DNA from: Camelus dromedarius
Taxonomy: Eukaryota
Length of the DNA stretch: 64,000 bases
Direction: 5' to 3'
Assembly: GCF_036321535.1 (NCBI RefSeq)
Contig: NC_087437.1
Coordinates: forward strand, 8,742,001 to 8,806,000
The notes below the pieces were generated by a model, which worked only from the letters and a program-made list of their open reading frames with translations, was not told the origin of the DNA and ran no database searches. Positions 1 through 12,720 of the stretch are shown in pieces (position 1 is the stretch's first letter; each line of letters opens with the position of its first letter). The translations under genes were made by a program, and so were the position numbers.

Positions 1-148
1 GTAGTACATGATTTTGTATTTTTTAATTCATTTTAATCTACAGGTAGGAGTCTAGTTTTTAAATGTTATTGGAATTCACATTTTAAAAAGAAAAACACTT
101 AAAATCTTCATAACAATAAACTTTTGACCTGTGTCCTCCATGTAGTTT

Positions 149-1105
149 TTTTTAACATTTTTTATTGATTTATAATCATTTTACAATGTTGATGGACATT
201 TAGGTTGTTCCTATGTATTGGCTATTGTAAATAGTGCTGCAATGAACATTGGGGTGCAGGTGTCATTTTGAAGTAGGGTCCCTTCTGGATATATGCCCAG
301 GAGCGGGATTCCTGGGTCATATGGTAAGTCTATCCCTAGTCTTTTGAGGAATCTCCACACTTTTCCATAGTGGCTGCACCAAACTGCATTCCCACCAGCA
401 GTGTAGGAGGGTTCCCCTTTCTCCACACCCTCTCCAGCATTTGTCATTTGTGGGCGTTTGAATGATGGCCATTCTGACTGGTGTGAGGTGATACCTCATT
501 GTAGTTTTGATTTGCATTTCTCTGATAATTAGCGATATTGAGCATTTTTTCATGTGCTTATTGATCATTTGTATGTCTTCCTTGGAGAATTGCTTGTTTA
601 GGTCTTCTGCCCATTTTTGGATTGGGTTGTTTGGTTGTTTCTTATTAAGTCATATGAGCTGCTTGTATATTCTGGAGATCAAGCCTTTGGCGGTTTCATT
701 TGCAAAAATTTTCTCCCATTCCGTAGGTTGTCTTTTTGTTTTCCTTCTGGTTTCCTTTGCTGTGCAGAAGCTTGTAAGTTTCATTAGGTCCCATTTGTTT
801 ATTCTTGCTTTTATTTCTTCTAGGAGAAAATTTTTGAGATGTATGTCAGATAATGTTTTGCCTATATTTTCCTCTAGGAGGTTTATTGTATCTTGTCTTA
901 TGTTTAAGTGTTTGATCCATTTTGAGTTGACTTTTGTGTGTGGTGTGAGGGAGTGTTCTAGCTTCATTGATTCACATGCTGCTGTCCAGTTTTCCCAACA
1001 CCATTTGCTGAAGAGACTGTCTTTATTCCATTGTATATTCTTGCCTCCTTTGTCGAAGATGAGTTGACCAAAAGTTTGTGGGTTCATTTCTGGGCTCTCT
1101 ATTCT
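149..1105 (-). mobile_element. Young 5'-truncated LINE-1 (ORF2 C-terminus plus internally deleted 3'UTR), camelid-type
   Basis: Minus-strand ORFs 650-1111, 317-568 and 211-447 translate to L1 ORF2 C-terminal motifs ([70 protein letters not shown]). A T-rich tail lies at ~146-165. TSD ctccatgtagttt (136-148) / ctccaagtagttt (1106-1118). Confidence 0.95.
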
Positions 1106-2229
1106 CTCCAAGTAGTTTGATCAAAGAACTTATAGGTGTTTTCATGCATAGTCTGGAATATGAAGATTGGAAAGCCCATGGCCTCACTTGTGTGTATTGC
1201 GTGTAAATCTGGTTTTGTTTTGTTGTTTTGTGTTCTTTGGGCTCTTTGGTCCATTTTGTTTTGAAGATCAGACAGTGATCACTCTGAAAGTTTAAAGCTA
1301 AGGATTTGTACCTATGATATTTACTGTAAGTCATAGAGCATTCAGTAACTATCAAAAAAAAGTCTCCAAAAAAGCCCCCAAACTTCCTTTTCCTATTCTC
1401 TTGCCTCTGCAAGAATTTTCTGTGCATGTGCAAGGCTCGTGCTGGTCACACATATGCACTTTGTAGGCTGATGTTGAGAATGACACTGCCTCTTCCCTCC
1501 CATAACACGGATAAACTTTAAGGGAAAATGTACTGAGAATGGGATTTCAAAATTGGACATGACATAGGTAAACAGGGTGGGATGTGGAGATGATCCAAGC
1601 AGTAGCAAGAGTGCACAGTTTTAGAGCAGGTGTCTTTAAAGGCTGGGTCCCTTCCTTCAAGGAACCAGAGAGACAATGTCCATAGCTCAGTGTGAGCTCT
1701 TTCTGAAGTTTTCAACTGGATGGAGAGATTTAATTGTTTAACTTGGGTATCACTCTAGAAAGGCACAGTTTCAGAGGTGGGAAGTAAATCGGGGTGGCAT
1801 CTGTCCTGTGGGCCATCAGTATGCTGCTCACTTCATCAAGGTCCATCCTCACTGTTGGGTAGGGGAAGCAGTGGGTACAATTCCAGGGTTGAAAACCATT
1901 TGAGAATTTTGAGGACCAGAAGTGGGCTAAGCCCCAAACTTGGCTGAGTGGCTCAAGCCTTGCTGTGAATTGCATTCTTTTTCCTTTCTCCCCACTCTGG
2001 CATGGATTTGATTGACTTCTCTTTAGAGTTGGATTGTGAATTCCATGAGTGGAGGAACTATCTCTGGTTCTATGCTTCTGTATGCCTGTCATCAAAGATA
2101 CTATCTGGCACAAAGTAGAAATTTGTTTAAGGAATCAATTAAGAAAAAGCATTCAGGAACCAAAGAGGCAGAGAAAAGAACTTTCTTGACTTTTTGGATC
2201 AACTTCCCCTGTATATGAGTGTTTTCCTT

Positions 2230-3450
2230 TTTAGAATGAGAATCACCACTATTAGAAAAATGAAGATACAATTCATGTACCATAAACACCACCCTTTTAA
2301 AATACTCAGTTTTGTGGGCTTTAGTATATTCATAAGGTTATGGAACCATCACCGCTGTCTAATTCCAGAGCATTTTCATCATCCCCCCGCAAAACCCCAT
2401 GTATGTTAGCGGTCACTCCTCATTCCCTCCCCACCCCACCCTGGCAATAACTAATCTACTTTCTATACATATGGATCTGGAAATTTCATGTTCATGGAAT
2501 AACACAATATGGGGCCTTTTAAATCTGGCTTATATCACCTTAAAATGTTTCCAAGTTTCATCTATGTTGTAGCATGTACTATTTATTAGAAAAAAAACAA
2601 CAACTATTCTTTCCTCATTGAATTGTCTTGGCACCCTAGTTGAAAATAAATTGACCATGAATGCATGGGTTTATTTTCTGGACTCTGAATTCTATTTCAT
2701 AAATCTGTTTGTTTACACTTCTGCCATTAGCACACAATCTTTATTTCTCTAGCTTTGTAATTCTTAAATCAGCAAATGTGATTCCTCCAACTTTGTTCTT
2801 TTTTTTTTAAGATCGATTTGGCTCTTCTAGGATTTTTGATTTCCATATGAATCTTGGGATCAGCTGGCCAACTTCTGCAAAGAAGTCAGCTATGATTTTG
2901 AAAGAGAATGGGTTGAAGCTATAGTACATCAATTTGTAGAATATTGCCATCTTAACAAGAGTAAGTCTTCCAATCGATGAACATGAGATATCTTTACATT
3001 TACTTAGGTTATCTTTAACTTCTTTCAGTGATGTTTTGTAGTCTTCAGTGTACTAGATTTGTACATCTTTTGTTAAGTTTATTTCTCAATATCTTACTTT
3101 ATGCTATTGTAAGTGAAATAGTTTTCTTAATTTCATTTTCAGATTATTCAGAGCTTATATATGAATATAGAATTGTTCTTTGTAAAATGATCTCGCATCC
3201 TGCAGTGTTGCTGAGTTTGTTTATTAGCTCTAATTGTGTATGTGTGTGTGTGTGTGTGTATTTTTTAGGAGGTGTATATATATATATATACACTTATATA
3301 TATATACTTATATATATAATATATATATATATATATTACTTCTTCCTTTCTGACCTGGATAATTTTATTTCTCTTTCTTGCCTAATTGCTCTGGCTAGTT
3401 ACAGTATTTAATAGATATGGCAAGAACAGACACCTTTGTCTTGTCTCTGA
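2230..3450 (-). mobile_element. Old L1 (L1M-type) 3'UTR and ORF2 fragments
   Basis: Diverged antisense L1 phrases (aattgtcttggcaccctagttgaaaataaattgacc; cctccaactttgttctt; cttgcctaattgctctggctag). Subfamily not resolved. Confidence 0.8.
3236..3336. repeat. Compound (TG)n/(TA)n microsatellite
   Basis: Read directly from the sequence. Confidence 0.9.
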
Positions 3451-4239
3451 GCACCATCTCTTAGAAATAAAAGCCATATAGATTTATAGTTCCAAAACTG
3501 GCTTTTAGCTCATCGTTAAACTTTCTTCCCAGCCCAACTTTTAATTATAACTTCTGACACAGAGTAGCATTCATTTAATAGCGTTGAAAGGGGACATGTG
3601 ATAAAATGTAAAACACATAACTTGTTTTTAAAAACTGAACTTTTATTGGGGTAAGAGAATGCCTTTTCACAGGGAGCAAAAGTGATAAATATTTTAAAGA
3701 GAATTGCAGGTAAAATACTATGGATTTTCACATGAGGGGGAGAAGACATTCCTGGAAAAATTATAGAAGAACATGTTTGATAGGGATCTGGCAGAAAAAG
3801 AAGGATTCAGACATACAATGATGCAAGATTTTGGCTTTCAAGATTTTGGCTTTCAAGTGAAGCAAAAAATGTATACAAAACATGGAAGTGGGAAAACATG
3901 AGGCATGTTTGGAAAACTCTTGAGTAATTCAGTTTTGGAAAGCTCAAATTGTCAGAAATAAAAGTCAGGAGTTTCTGAGAAATCTAGGTCATGAATGGAG
4001 TCAATGAAAAGGACAATGATTTTTAAACACTGGGATTAATATAAATGTTTGAACTGGAAAGTAATAATAAGACCTAGATTTTAACGGGATTTAATATATG
4101 TAAGGCACTTTTCCACATACTTTCTATGTGTAGCAAAGGCTCTTAGGATTCACCTCTTCTTACCAAATTTGCTTTCAGAAAAACCTGTGGCTCTCTGTAT
4201 TTGAGACTTCTTCTGGATGCAGGACCCCACTAAGTATAC

Positions 4240-4555
4240 AAATAGGAAAAGGCGGAAGTTCTGGAGAATTAATAACCCTGGAAATAGCCCTCAACCAATA
4301 GACAGAGTATTGGTAGATAATACTGCAGCATCCTCGCCCTTGGTCAGAATAACTCAGCTGTGTTCTGTGCTGTCTCCCAGAATTCCCCAGTGGGACCAAG
4401 TTCTATTTGATCACAGCAGCAACTTGCCTTAATTTGCCTCCTTCCCTTCCCTGGTTCACTCTTCTACTTCCCAGCTGTGCTTCCTGAAATCACTTCCCAA
4501 ATAAACTATTTGCCCTCAAAGATCTTTCTCAGGGTCAGCATCTGGGGGAATACAT
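4240..4555 (+). mobile_element. ERVL-type LTR (LTR16-like) remnant
   Basis: 3' end cttcccaaataaactatttgccctcaaa...ctcagggtcagcatctgggggaa matches my recollection of the LTR16-group 3' end, including the AATAAA. Confidence 0.65.
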
Positions 4556-4589
4556 CTTTAAAAAAATGTGTCATCTCCTTTATTACTTA

Positions 4590-4740
4590 CAATAATGCTC
4601 AGTGTCTTCATTTTACAGACGAGGACACTAAGGTATAAAAAAAATTTGGTCATTTGTCTAGTTCACAAAATTAAAAAAAACAACATAGGCAGAATTCAAA
4701 TTCAGACAGTCCATCTCTTAACATCTATTAAAAGCTATGC
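4590..4740 (-). mobile_element. MIR SINE
   Basis: Antisense MIR core cattttacagacgaggacactaagg...ggcagaattcaaattcag. Confidence 0.75.
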
Positions 4741-4831
4741 CCTCTTCTCCCATGATATATTGATTCATCAGTTGCATCTTTGATATTTTGCAGTGACTCT
4801 GATGTCAACAGGCTGAGAAAGAATAGCCAGG

Positions 4832-4836
<5 letters not shown>

Positions 4837-4869
<33 letters not shown>
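4837..4869. repeat. (TG)n microsatellite
   Basis: Read directly from the sequence. Confidence 0.95.
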
Positions 4870-4872
<3 letters not shown>

Positions 4873-7800
4873 ACGGTGCAAGGAACAGACCCAACCACAG
4901 AAGCTTGCAAACACGCCATGTTTCAGCAGCCCCTTCAGACCTGCCTGCTTCCCCAAAGACCTGTGGAGGTAGGGGTAGGGTATATCATAAACCATTTTTG
5001 CTCCTTCTCATGAAGAAACTAGCAGATGAACCTAAAGATGTTCATGTCCTTCTGGTTGGTCACTGAGTTGTACTGAGAACATTGTTCCCACCAGACTGCT
5101 TGACCTTCTCAATTTCAAACTTTTGTGCCCACTACTGGGTCCTTCTTATGGTCCTGCCTTCTAACCTAAGGCACTAGCAGGTATTTGGGAGCCTTTGATC
5201 CATGGTGGTGTGAAATTAAGAAGGGTGGCAGTAGCTGTAAACTTCAGAAGGAACCAAGTTTTGGGAGCCTGAATGTGTCTAGAATCAGTATACTCTGATG
5301 TACTTGGGACCTGTTTTTGGCTAGTATATTGCGGGCAAATATCTGAAACCTCATAAACAGGCTTGAAAACGTACTTTTTCCTATAAGCCAAAGAACACAC
5401 GTGTGATCTTGGCTAAGGCACTTGACATATCTGTGGGACAGATTCCTCTTATGTAAAAAGGAAAATTCAGTGTTGGCTATTGTTGCTAAAAGACATGAAT
5501 GTGTGATGTCTTCTTGTTCGAGCACTATAAAATATGGAAGGTAGCATCTTTTTTTTCCTTTTAGCTGCATTTCTCATAAAGGATTCTTCTCCATGTCAGT
5601 TCCAAGAGACAGTAACAGAGAAAAGAATTCTGGGGTCAAATAAATTAAGAAAGTGTTGCACAGACAATGACCTCTTCTGGGATATTTCCAATGCACATTA
5701 ACCTAGAAGAGGTTCTGGAGAGTCTTTTGGTGAAGAGACCACTTAACCTAGGATTTCCCAAATTTATTTGACCACAGAACATTTTGTTCATTTAAGAGCC
5801 ATGTACGTTCCACAGGACACATTTTCTGTGATTCTATTTTAGGAGACTATTCTATAGCAAAGAATGGATTAAGAATGTTCTTTTAAAAAATGTGTTTAAA
5901 GTTCATGAGCTATGAAGCATGTAAGCACAATTTGGTGGCTGCAAATGATTAGGAAATGGATTAATGAAACACAGTAGAGCAGAAGAAGTGAGAAATGAGA
6001 ACTGAATCATTTTTTTGCAGCCTCGCCTTGCTTTGCGGCAGTGCCATATTGGGTCTGCTTATGTGGCCACATGTCAGCCCTGCCTTCACCATTGTTCATG
6101 GGGCTGCTCGTGCTGCTTCTGTTCTTGCTACCTATGGCCTCGCTATGCAGAGCAGAATAGTGTTAGGAAAGAATGCACTATCTTCTCAAGAATTCGTAGA
6201 GCGGACAGACAACAGGTTTTCATCATGCATCCCAGCAACCGTTCTTATTATTCCAAAGCTTTTGAATTGTGTCCTCAAAGGGGGTTCTTTTCCCTTCACT
6301 TCCAGGCTTCTGTTTCTTCCTCACCCGATCCTCCTAGAAAGTTCTAGATATTTCTCTCCTCTACCATGTTGAAAACTCTACTCTTGCCTTGCTACTACTC
6401 CAGATTTTTATCCCCTTGTCCATTTATGTACTTAAATAAATGTAAAAGCACCTCTACTTACTATGTTGCTCCATGTTACAGGTAGCAACTGAGTGGTCCT
6501 CTTTGTCTATTTGAGCAGGCTCTTAGGATCTAAGCCCAAATCAGCTTATCGAAGTATTTTTTTCCCCAGATATGTACATGGTATCCCCATCTAGCATTTT
6601 AGCAAATGAAATTTTCTCTATCAATTTCATCTTAAAAATGAGAAGCTGACCATGTTCCACGAAAGAGATTTTTACATTACTTTTGAACAAATTAAAATTG
6701 AAAGTGTATTCGACAAAAACTTTGGTGTCTCCAAGATATTCTCTGTTTTGTATTGGATAAATCAAAGTATCCCTAGGGAATTTCTTTTAGGATTTTACTG
6801 AGATAAAACTTCTAACAAAGTTCTTCCAGAGTAATTCTGGGTGAGATCTCTACAGCAACGTTTGAATTTTTGTCAGCTCCGTTTCTCTCTCTTGGTAGAG
6901 AGTGGTCGATGGGCATCTCAGATGCAAAGACTAACCAAACTAGAACATAATCCTTTCAAAAATCAGGAGCTTCATAGAAATGCTCACTAGAATAGGTCGC
7001 TAAGTTAGTTCTTCCATTAACATTGCTGTTATTAAAACCACAAAAGAATGCTCATGTGAAGTAGAAATAGTACCATGTCCTCTTAGACATATGGCACTGG
7101 TGAATGAGATTTCTGCAATTATATCTTTCTCTGTATAGCGCACATTCATTTAAAACATCACTAGTCCATTGGTGTTTTCTTACTAAATACTCTTCCTCAA
7201 CCACACCCAGTCAACATTTCTGGCACCAGAACGGGGCCATATGTGGACTTATATGTTCATCAGAAGTTACATCAGTGTTCCTTTAATTAATAGACCTCAG
7301 AATAATTACATAATCAAATGTGATTTTGTTAAAAAATGTTTGTTCTCAAGGTGAACCTAGTTTGTTTTTTCATCCCTAAACAATGGGATTGGCTGCACCA
7401 TGAACCAGTTGGATTAACACTGTTTGTGAACTATGGGATCTGAGTTGCAGTGACAGCAGATTCAGCAAGCCTGCCTTTAAAAATGGAAAGTGACTTTAAA
7501 AATGGCATTAGAAAAGGCTTGACATAAATACGAATTGAAACACATCTTCACTAGAGACTTGCGTAAGTATTTGGATTTCCGATTTCCAGATGTCAAACTG
7601 GTAGTATATTCCCTTCAAAATTGTATTAGAATTACCAAACGTGTCAGTCACTCTTGGCAGCTGGCGGTTAGGTACACTGCATTCGGATCTAACTTCTGAT
7701 AAATATATGGTATGGATAATTATTCATTACATGGGGACTGAGTCTTTCTAAAACCTGCCCTGTTTTCTTTTCCAGAAAAGTTACTGGGGCTGTATTAAAG

Positions 7801-8974
7801 AATGGGGATTCTTTTGGACCACACTGATGAACTGGATAATTTTATAATTGTATAGGTGTTATATAAAAGTCATTTGTAATTGTATATATGTGATACAGTG
7901 CCAGATATTCAAATGCTAGATGAATATTAGATTAACCCTTTGTTTAAAAAATTACAATCTCTTTCTCTTGATGTTCTCAGTCACTTCTAAGAGAATGTTA
8001 ATCCCGTGTTTTTTTTTTTTTTTTCCTCTTAAGATTCATTGCATGTCCATTCACACTTTCCCTTGTACAAAAAAAGAATATGTATTTCAGAAGATCTGGG
8101 GAAAAGATATGAAAATGTACTTCTCAATGTGAAAATGGAAAAATAGGGATGCTTTTTCACTGTTAGTCCTGTTTCATTGAGGACGAGAAAATCATAGGTA
8201 CCCGTCCTCGTATTAGGACTAGAGAATGTTCTTCATGGAGCCTGAGGGTTCTTTTGTCACTGCTGGAAACTGGGCAGGTATGAGATTGAGTAACTTTAAG
8301 TAAACTGTTTTTCCAGTATTTCCACTTCCCAACTCATAAAGAAGTTAAATAAACCAATCTGTTAGGCTTTACTTTCATAGAAATAATCTGTGGTGTTTAT
8401 TTCCTCAATCACACTTTTACTTTTGCTGCTCCCGTATGTCCTTAAGCAGGGCAGTCCCCATGGCTGTTACACAAAGAGAATCTTCCCTGGCATCAAGCAT
8501 GGCCTGCCTCTTGAATATTAACCCATTATGCATTTTGTTTCCTGATTTGTTTCTGGGATTCCTGGGTCCTGACCCCTGGGATTATTTCCTGACCACAGTT
8601 TTCCACTTGCCCATGTTAAGCTAATTACTGACCTTATTCTTTTAGTGTTGGACCTCATCGTCTCCATTTAGTTGTACATGAAGGCTAATTCCCAACATTG
8701 GGGTAATTCTGTGGGAGGAGCTTCAACAAAAAAGTACAAATCCACTTCCTTGCAATGCTAGTCAAAGTATGAGCCAAAATTGATTGTATTAAGTCATGGG
8801 TCAAGCATATGTGGCAATTTTGTAATCAAACTCTGTGATTCTTTGATTCTTTACCTCCAAGTTATCAGACATACATCCTATTTTCTGCTCTTTCAGAGTA
8901 GGTTTTAATGGTTCTATTGGGATGCAAATGGAATTGTATATTTCAGTGCTAATTAGTTACAAATTGCATAATAT

Positions 8975-9170
8975 TGTGGAAAAAGTTCAGACTTGGAGTC
9001 GGAAAATGGGAAATTTGAATCTGGACTATTGCTTATGGTAGTTGCTGTGTGACCTAGGGCAAGTCGTTTTGAACTCTTTTAATTTCATCTGTAAAAAGAA
9101 AATAATATTAACAACAATGATAAGAACATCAAATGTATGAGATAGTTGTGAGGAATCAAGAAAATTGCCA
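8975..9170 (+). mobile_element. MIR SINE
   Basis: gctgtgtgacctagggcaagtc...tttcatctgtaaaa...gttgtgagga, the MIR core. Confidence 0.75.
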
Positions 9171-9494
9171 TGTAATTATGAAGAAAAAAAAAAAGCATCG
9201 ACAGTAGATTTCTACACTGATGGTCTAATGTTCACTTCATTTTCTTCTTCTAGATAGCAACAAAGGTGGCATTCTTGTGAACTACACCATTTAAGCACAT
9301 CTTCTTTCTCTATCAGACCAGAAAGATCTGATGGTATTTGCCCTTTCTGTTCTCAGGTAGTGTGAGTTCTGTTGCTCTGAGCCTGGGAAGACGAAGGTAG
9401 ATTTCCAGGTCTCTGCATCCTGGACGACTAGTTGCATAGTCAACAGGAATTCCCATGAGGGGGCAGGGAGATACAAATATGAGAAATGGCCTCT

Positions 9495-9640
9495 TATCAT
9501 GAAAAGAGCATAAGCTTTAGAGCCAGACAGACCTGGGTTTGAAAACTGTCTCTACCATGTGCCAGCTAACTGTGTGATCTTACACTTGCTACTTAACTTA
9601 ACCTTCTTCAACTTCATTTTCTTCACTGGTCAAAATGGAG
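9495..9640 (+). mobile_element. MIR SINE
   Basis: gagccagacagacctgggtttgaaa...ctgtgtgatctt...acttaac...aaaatgg. Confidence 0.75.
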
Positions 9641-10134
9641 AATGTAGCATATTGGGCAATCAGCCCAAAGAGGGTACTTTTATTCCCATTCATGGAATGT
9701 CTCTACAGAAGTTTACCAGAGCTTTTATTAGCTTAGTTTTTGAAGGAGTATTTCAATTTGAAGGTGTGATAAAGGCAACAGACAACCCCTAGGACTCTCA
9801 GACTTAATATGTTGCTTTTCTGAATAGCCACACTCAGGGGTACTTCCCTCAGGGGGAGGATAAAGTGATAATTAAGCTAAGACCTTAGTGTGTGGAATAG
9901 CTTTAATGTTCAGTTTTAGAGGGTGTATGAATACGTACTTTCATCACCAAAGAAGTAAAGAAAGCTTCATTTAGGGTTAGGGGAGCATATATGATGCAGG
10001 AATTCAGCAGCAGAGGTATTTTTTCCTAAAATTTCTAAAAACCCTTGAATGCAGGAGACCCAATACTTTTAACTTTCAGAGGACAGAGGAAGTAAGAAAG
10101 GAAACTGTCTTACGGTCTTAACTTCTTACGTAAA

Positions 10135-10250
10135 AGAAGCCTAGATTTGAAGACAGAAAAATCTGGATTTTGAATCTGCTTTACCTACTGCTTACAGGTT
10201 TTGTGATCTTGGGCAAGTTTCTTAAACTTACTGAATCCTCAAAGGGAAAA
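10135..10250 (+). mobile_element. MIR SINE
   Basis: tgtgatcttgggcaagtttcttaaacttactgaatcctca. Confidence 0.7.
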
Positions 10251-11999
10251 ATGCTACTTCTAATTATAATCACAATAATAATAACACTAGTAAAAATAAT
10301 ACTTATAAACTTTTTTTGGTGTGGTTTAAAATAGCTAAATTTCCAAAACTTTCTGTTTAATAGGGATGACATAAATCATTGACAGCAATAATATTATATG
10401 TTGGGAAGTCTTAATTTCTGGTCACTTCACTTTATAACCTCTTGTAATAAAGAGGACAACATTCCTGTGATCTAACCCTTTTAAAATCTCCCCTCCTATT
10501 ACTGCGCATTTTGCTATTTTTTTCTATGAAAATTCTTACACATGCTTCCCAGAACTCATAGGTTAAATTTTCTCTAGGTTATTGCTTTTGTCAGGGTTCC
10601 ATCAGGAAATCAGAAGCCTCACAAAGTAATAGAAATTTGAGTGTTTAATACAGAGAAGTTGAGACTAATAGAATCATTGCAAGTTCAGGCATTAAAAATG
10701 AAAGTATATTAAAGAATAAGATATGATAAAAACCTTGTGAGAAATTTTCTTACTTCTTGACATTTGAGACTGTTAAGGGGGACTGCTTTCTAGGGCCAAT
10801 TTTCAAAAGCCTTGTCTGAAGAAACCTAGCATTCTCATGGCCTGGGAGTACAGGCAAAATGATTCAAGCTGGACAGAAGTATGCAAAAATAAAATGCTGA
10901 ATATATAAATGATCTAAATGACAAAGTGAATGAGGAGGTATCCATAGAGACCAGTTTATTTCCATAGACAAATTTTTACTTAAACCTACTTTTCCAAGGA
11001 CACTTACAGAGGCTGAAAAGGGGGTATTTAATCAGATGTGGTTTCAAAAGAGTTCTGAAGGTAGCTAAAGGGCAGTGGAAGGTCACAGTTGCCCAAGATG
11101 GTAGTCACGGATTTGAGTCTTGATTCACAAACATGCCATCACTATACTTTTGAAAAAATTGTATTACTTCTCAATGTCCAAGTTTCATCATTATGAGATA
11201 GGTATAATATCAGTCAAAGTATTTTTTATTTTAACATGAACATTATTGGTAAACTTTATAAAGAAAAAGAATAGTTATTATATGAGATAAAAATAATATG
11301 ACTAAAACTAAAGCTCTAATTTCATTGAATAATTGCAAAGACCAATCAATAGAACCTCTTAACCATTTTAGAGTCAAGAAGGGCCAAGATTTTACCTTAG
11401 GGCAGAAAATGAAAAAGGATGAAATGGAGAATATGGGACTACTTGGTTCTTATTTTGTACCTATGTCTTTTGCCAAAGGGACTTAGCTTTAAGTTCAAAA
11501 TGACAGCGCAGGTGCAGTTAAAGACAGACTTGAAGCTTAACATTGGGGAAGAGATAGCAACTTTTCTTTTGGCAAAGATTTATTTAGTGTCTACTGTTAG
11601 CTAGACTGTGTTAGGCTCTGGGTGTGAAGAAATGAAGGCCAAGTTCTTGATCATATAGCCACAGTTTTGTGGGAAATTTATAGGACAGGATACTGCTGTT
11701 TTCAGGGAGTTATGTCCTAGGCTAGTAAGTGAAATTGAAGAAGCTCTTTAACAGAGTCACTGAACACTAGTTTTATGATGAATAAATAAAGAATTAAATC
11801 ACTGTTAGTTAAGACATTTTTGAGAACAGCAGAACTTCTGGAAGATAGGAGATGAACAAGTATTACCTCTTAATTTCACTGAGCTTCAATTCCTTATTTA
11901 TAAAGTGGGGACGAATCTTCAAACAACCCCAGAGTTTTGGCAAACCATCTCATTGCATCCTTGAAATGAGATCAGTAAACCGTGACATAGATTTATAAT

Positions 12000-12720
12000 C
12001 TGCAATTCATTAAATTATGATGACTCCAACATGTTGGTGATTAGATTAAAAAACCTGGAAGGAAGGCTCTTGTGGCAAAAGATAGGCTTCATCCTTGGTT
12101 ACATTTAGTCCTAAATTTAACCAATAATTCAAATGAGTGTAGAGGAAACATGATTATTAGCTTTTTAGATGACACAGATTAAAATCTAAATAATGCGATT
12201 TATAAAGTAAACCTTTGTGCAAGTATCTAAATGAAAAAAGAATGATAAACTGAATAAAACAAAATAAAATATATAATGAATACCTGCAAATTTCTAGATT
12301 CGTAAAACCAACCTGCACAAGAACTCAATGAAAGATACCTGACTTAATCTATGTATAGAAAATGACCTACCAATTACCAAATACCTACTATTTGTTGAAC
12401 TGCTACATTTTGTCAGTTCAAAAGTTAACAGCATGATGTAGTTTCCAGGAGACTTGATATTCTTTTATGCTACATTAACAGTTGTGAAGTTATTCAGAAC
12501 AAAGGCATAATTTAGTTTTCTGTTCTCAGGAGAAAACAAAGTTCTGCTCACTGGAAGGCATCCCATCTTCAGAGGAACAAGATGCATTGTTTTGCTTCCA
12601 TATTAGAGAGAAGAAAAATGCAGCTGGGTAGGGGTTAGCTAAATACGCTAGAAGATCTTGACTTTGTGGCACTAAGAGAGCATTTAGCCTCCCAAAGTCG
12701 AGAATCTATCAAAAGCTCAA
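12000..12720 (+). mobile_element. Ancient L3/CR1 LINE remnant
   Basis: cagcatgatgtagtttcc...gctacattaacag...cagaacaaagg resembles the L3 ORF2 3' region as I recall it; highly diverged. Confidence 0.45.

Noticed and set aside
507..1067. 186-aa + strand ORF
   Set aside because: Antisense frame of L1 ORF2, a common artefact.
5995..6372. 125-aa ORF with a signal-peptide-like hydrophobic start
   Set aside because: No recognisable homology, promoter or exon context. An ORF of this length is expected by chance in 64 kb.
7823..7930. CTGATGA as a C/D snoRNA C box or hammerhead core
   Set aside because: No correctly placed D box with a terminal stem, and no stem II followed by GAAA. The other CTGATGA/TCATCAG hits I inspected also failed.
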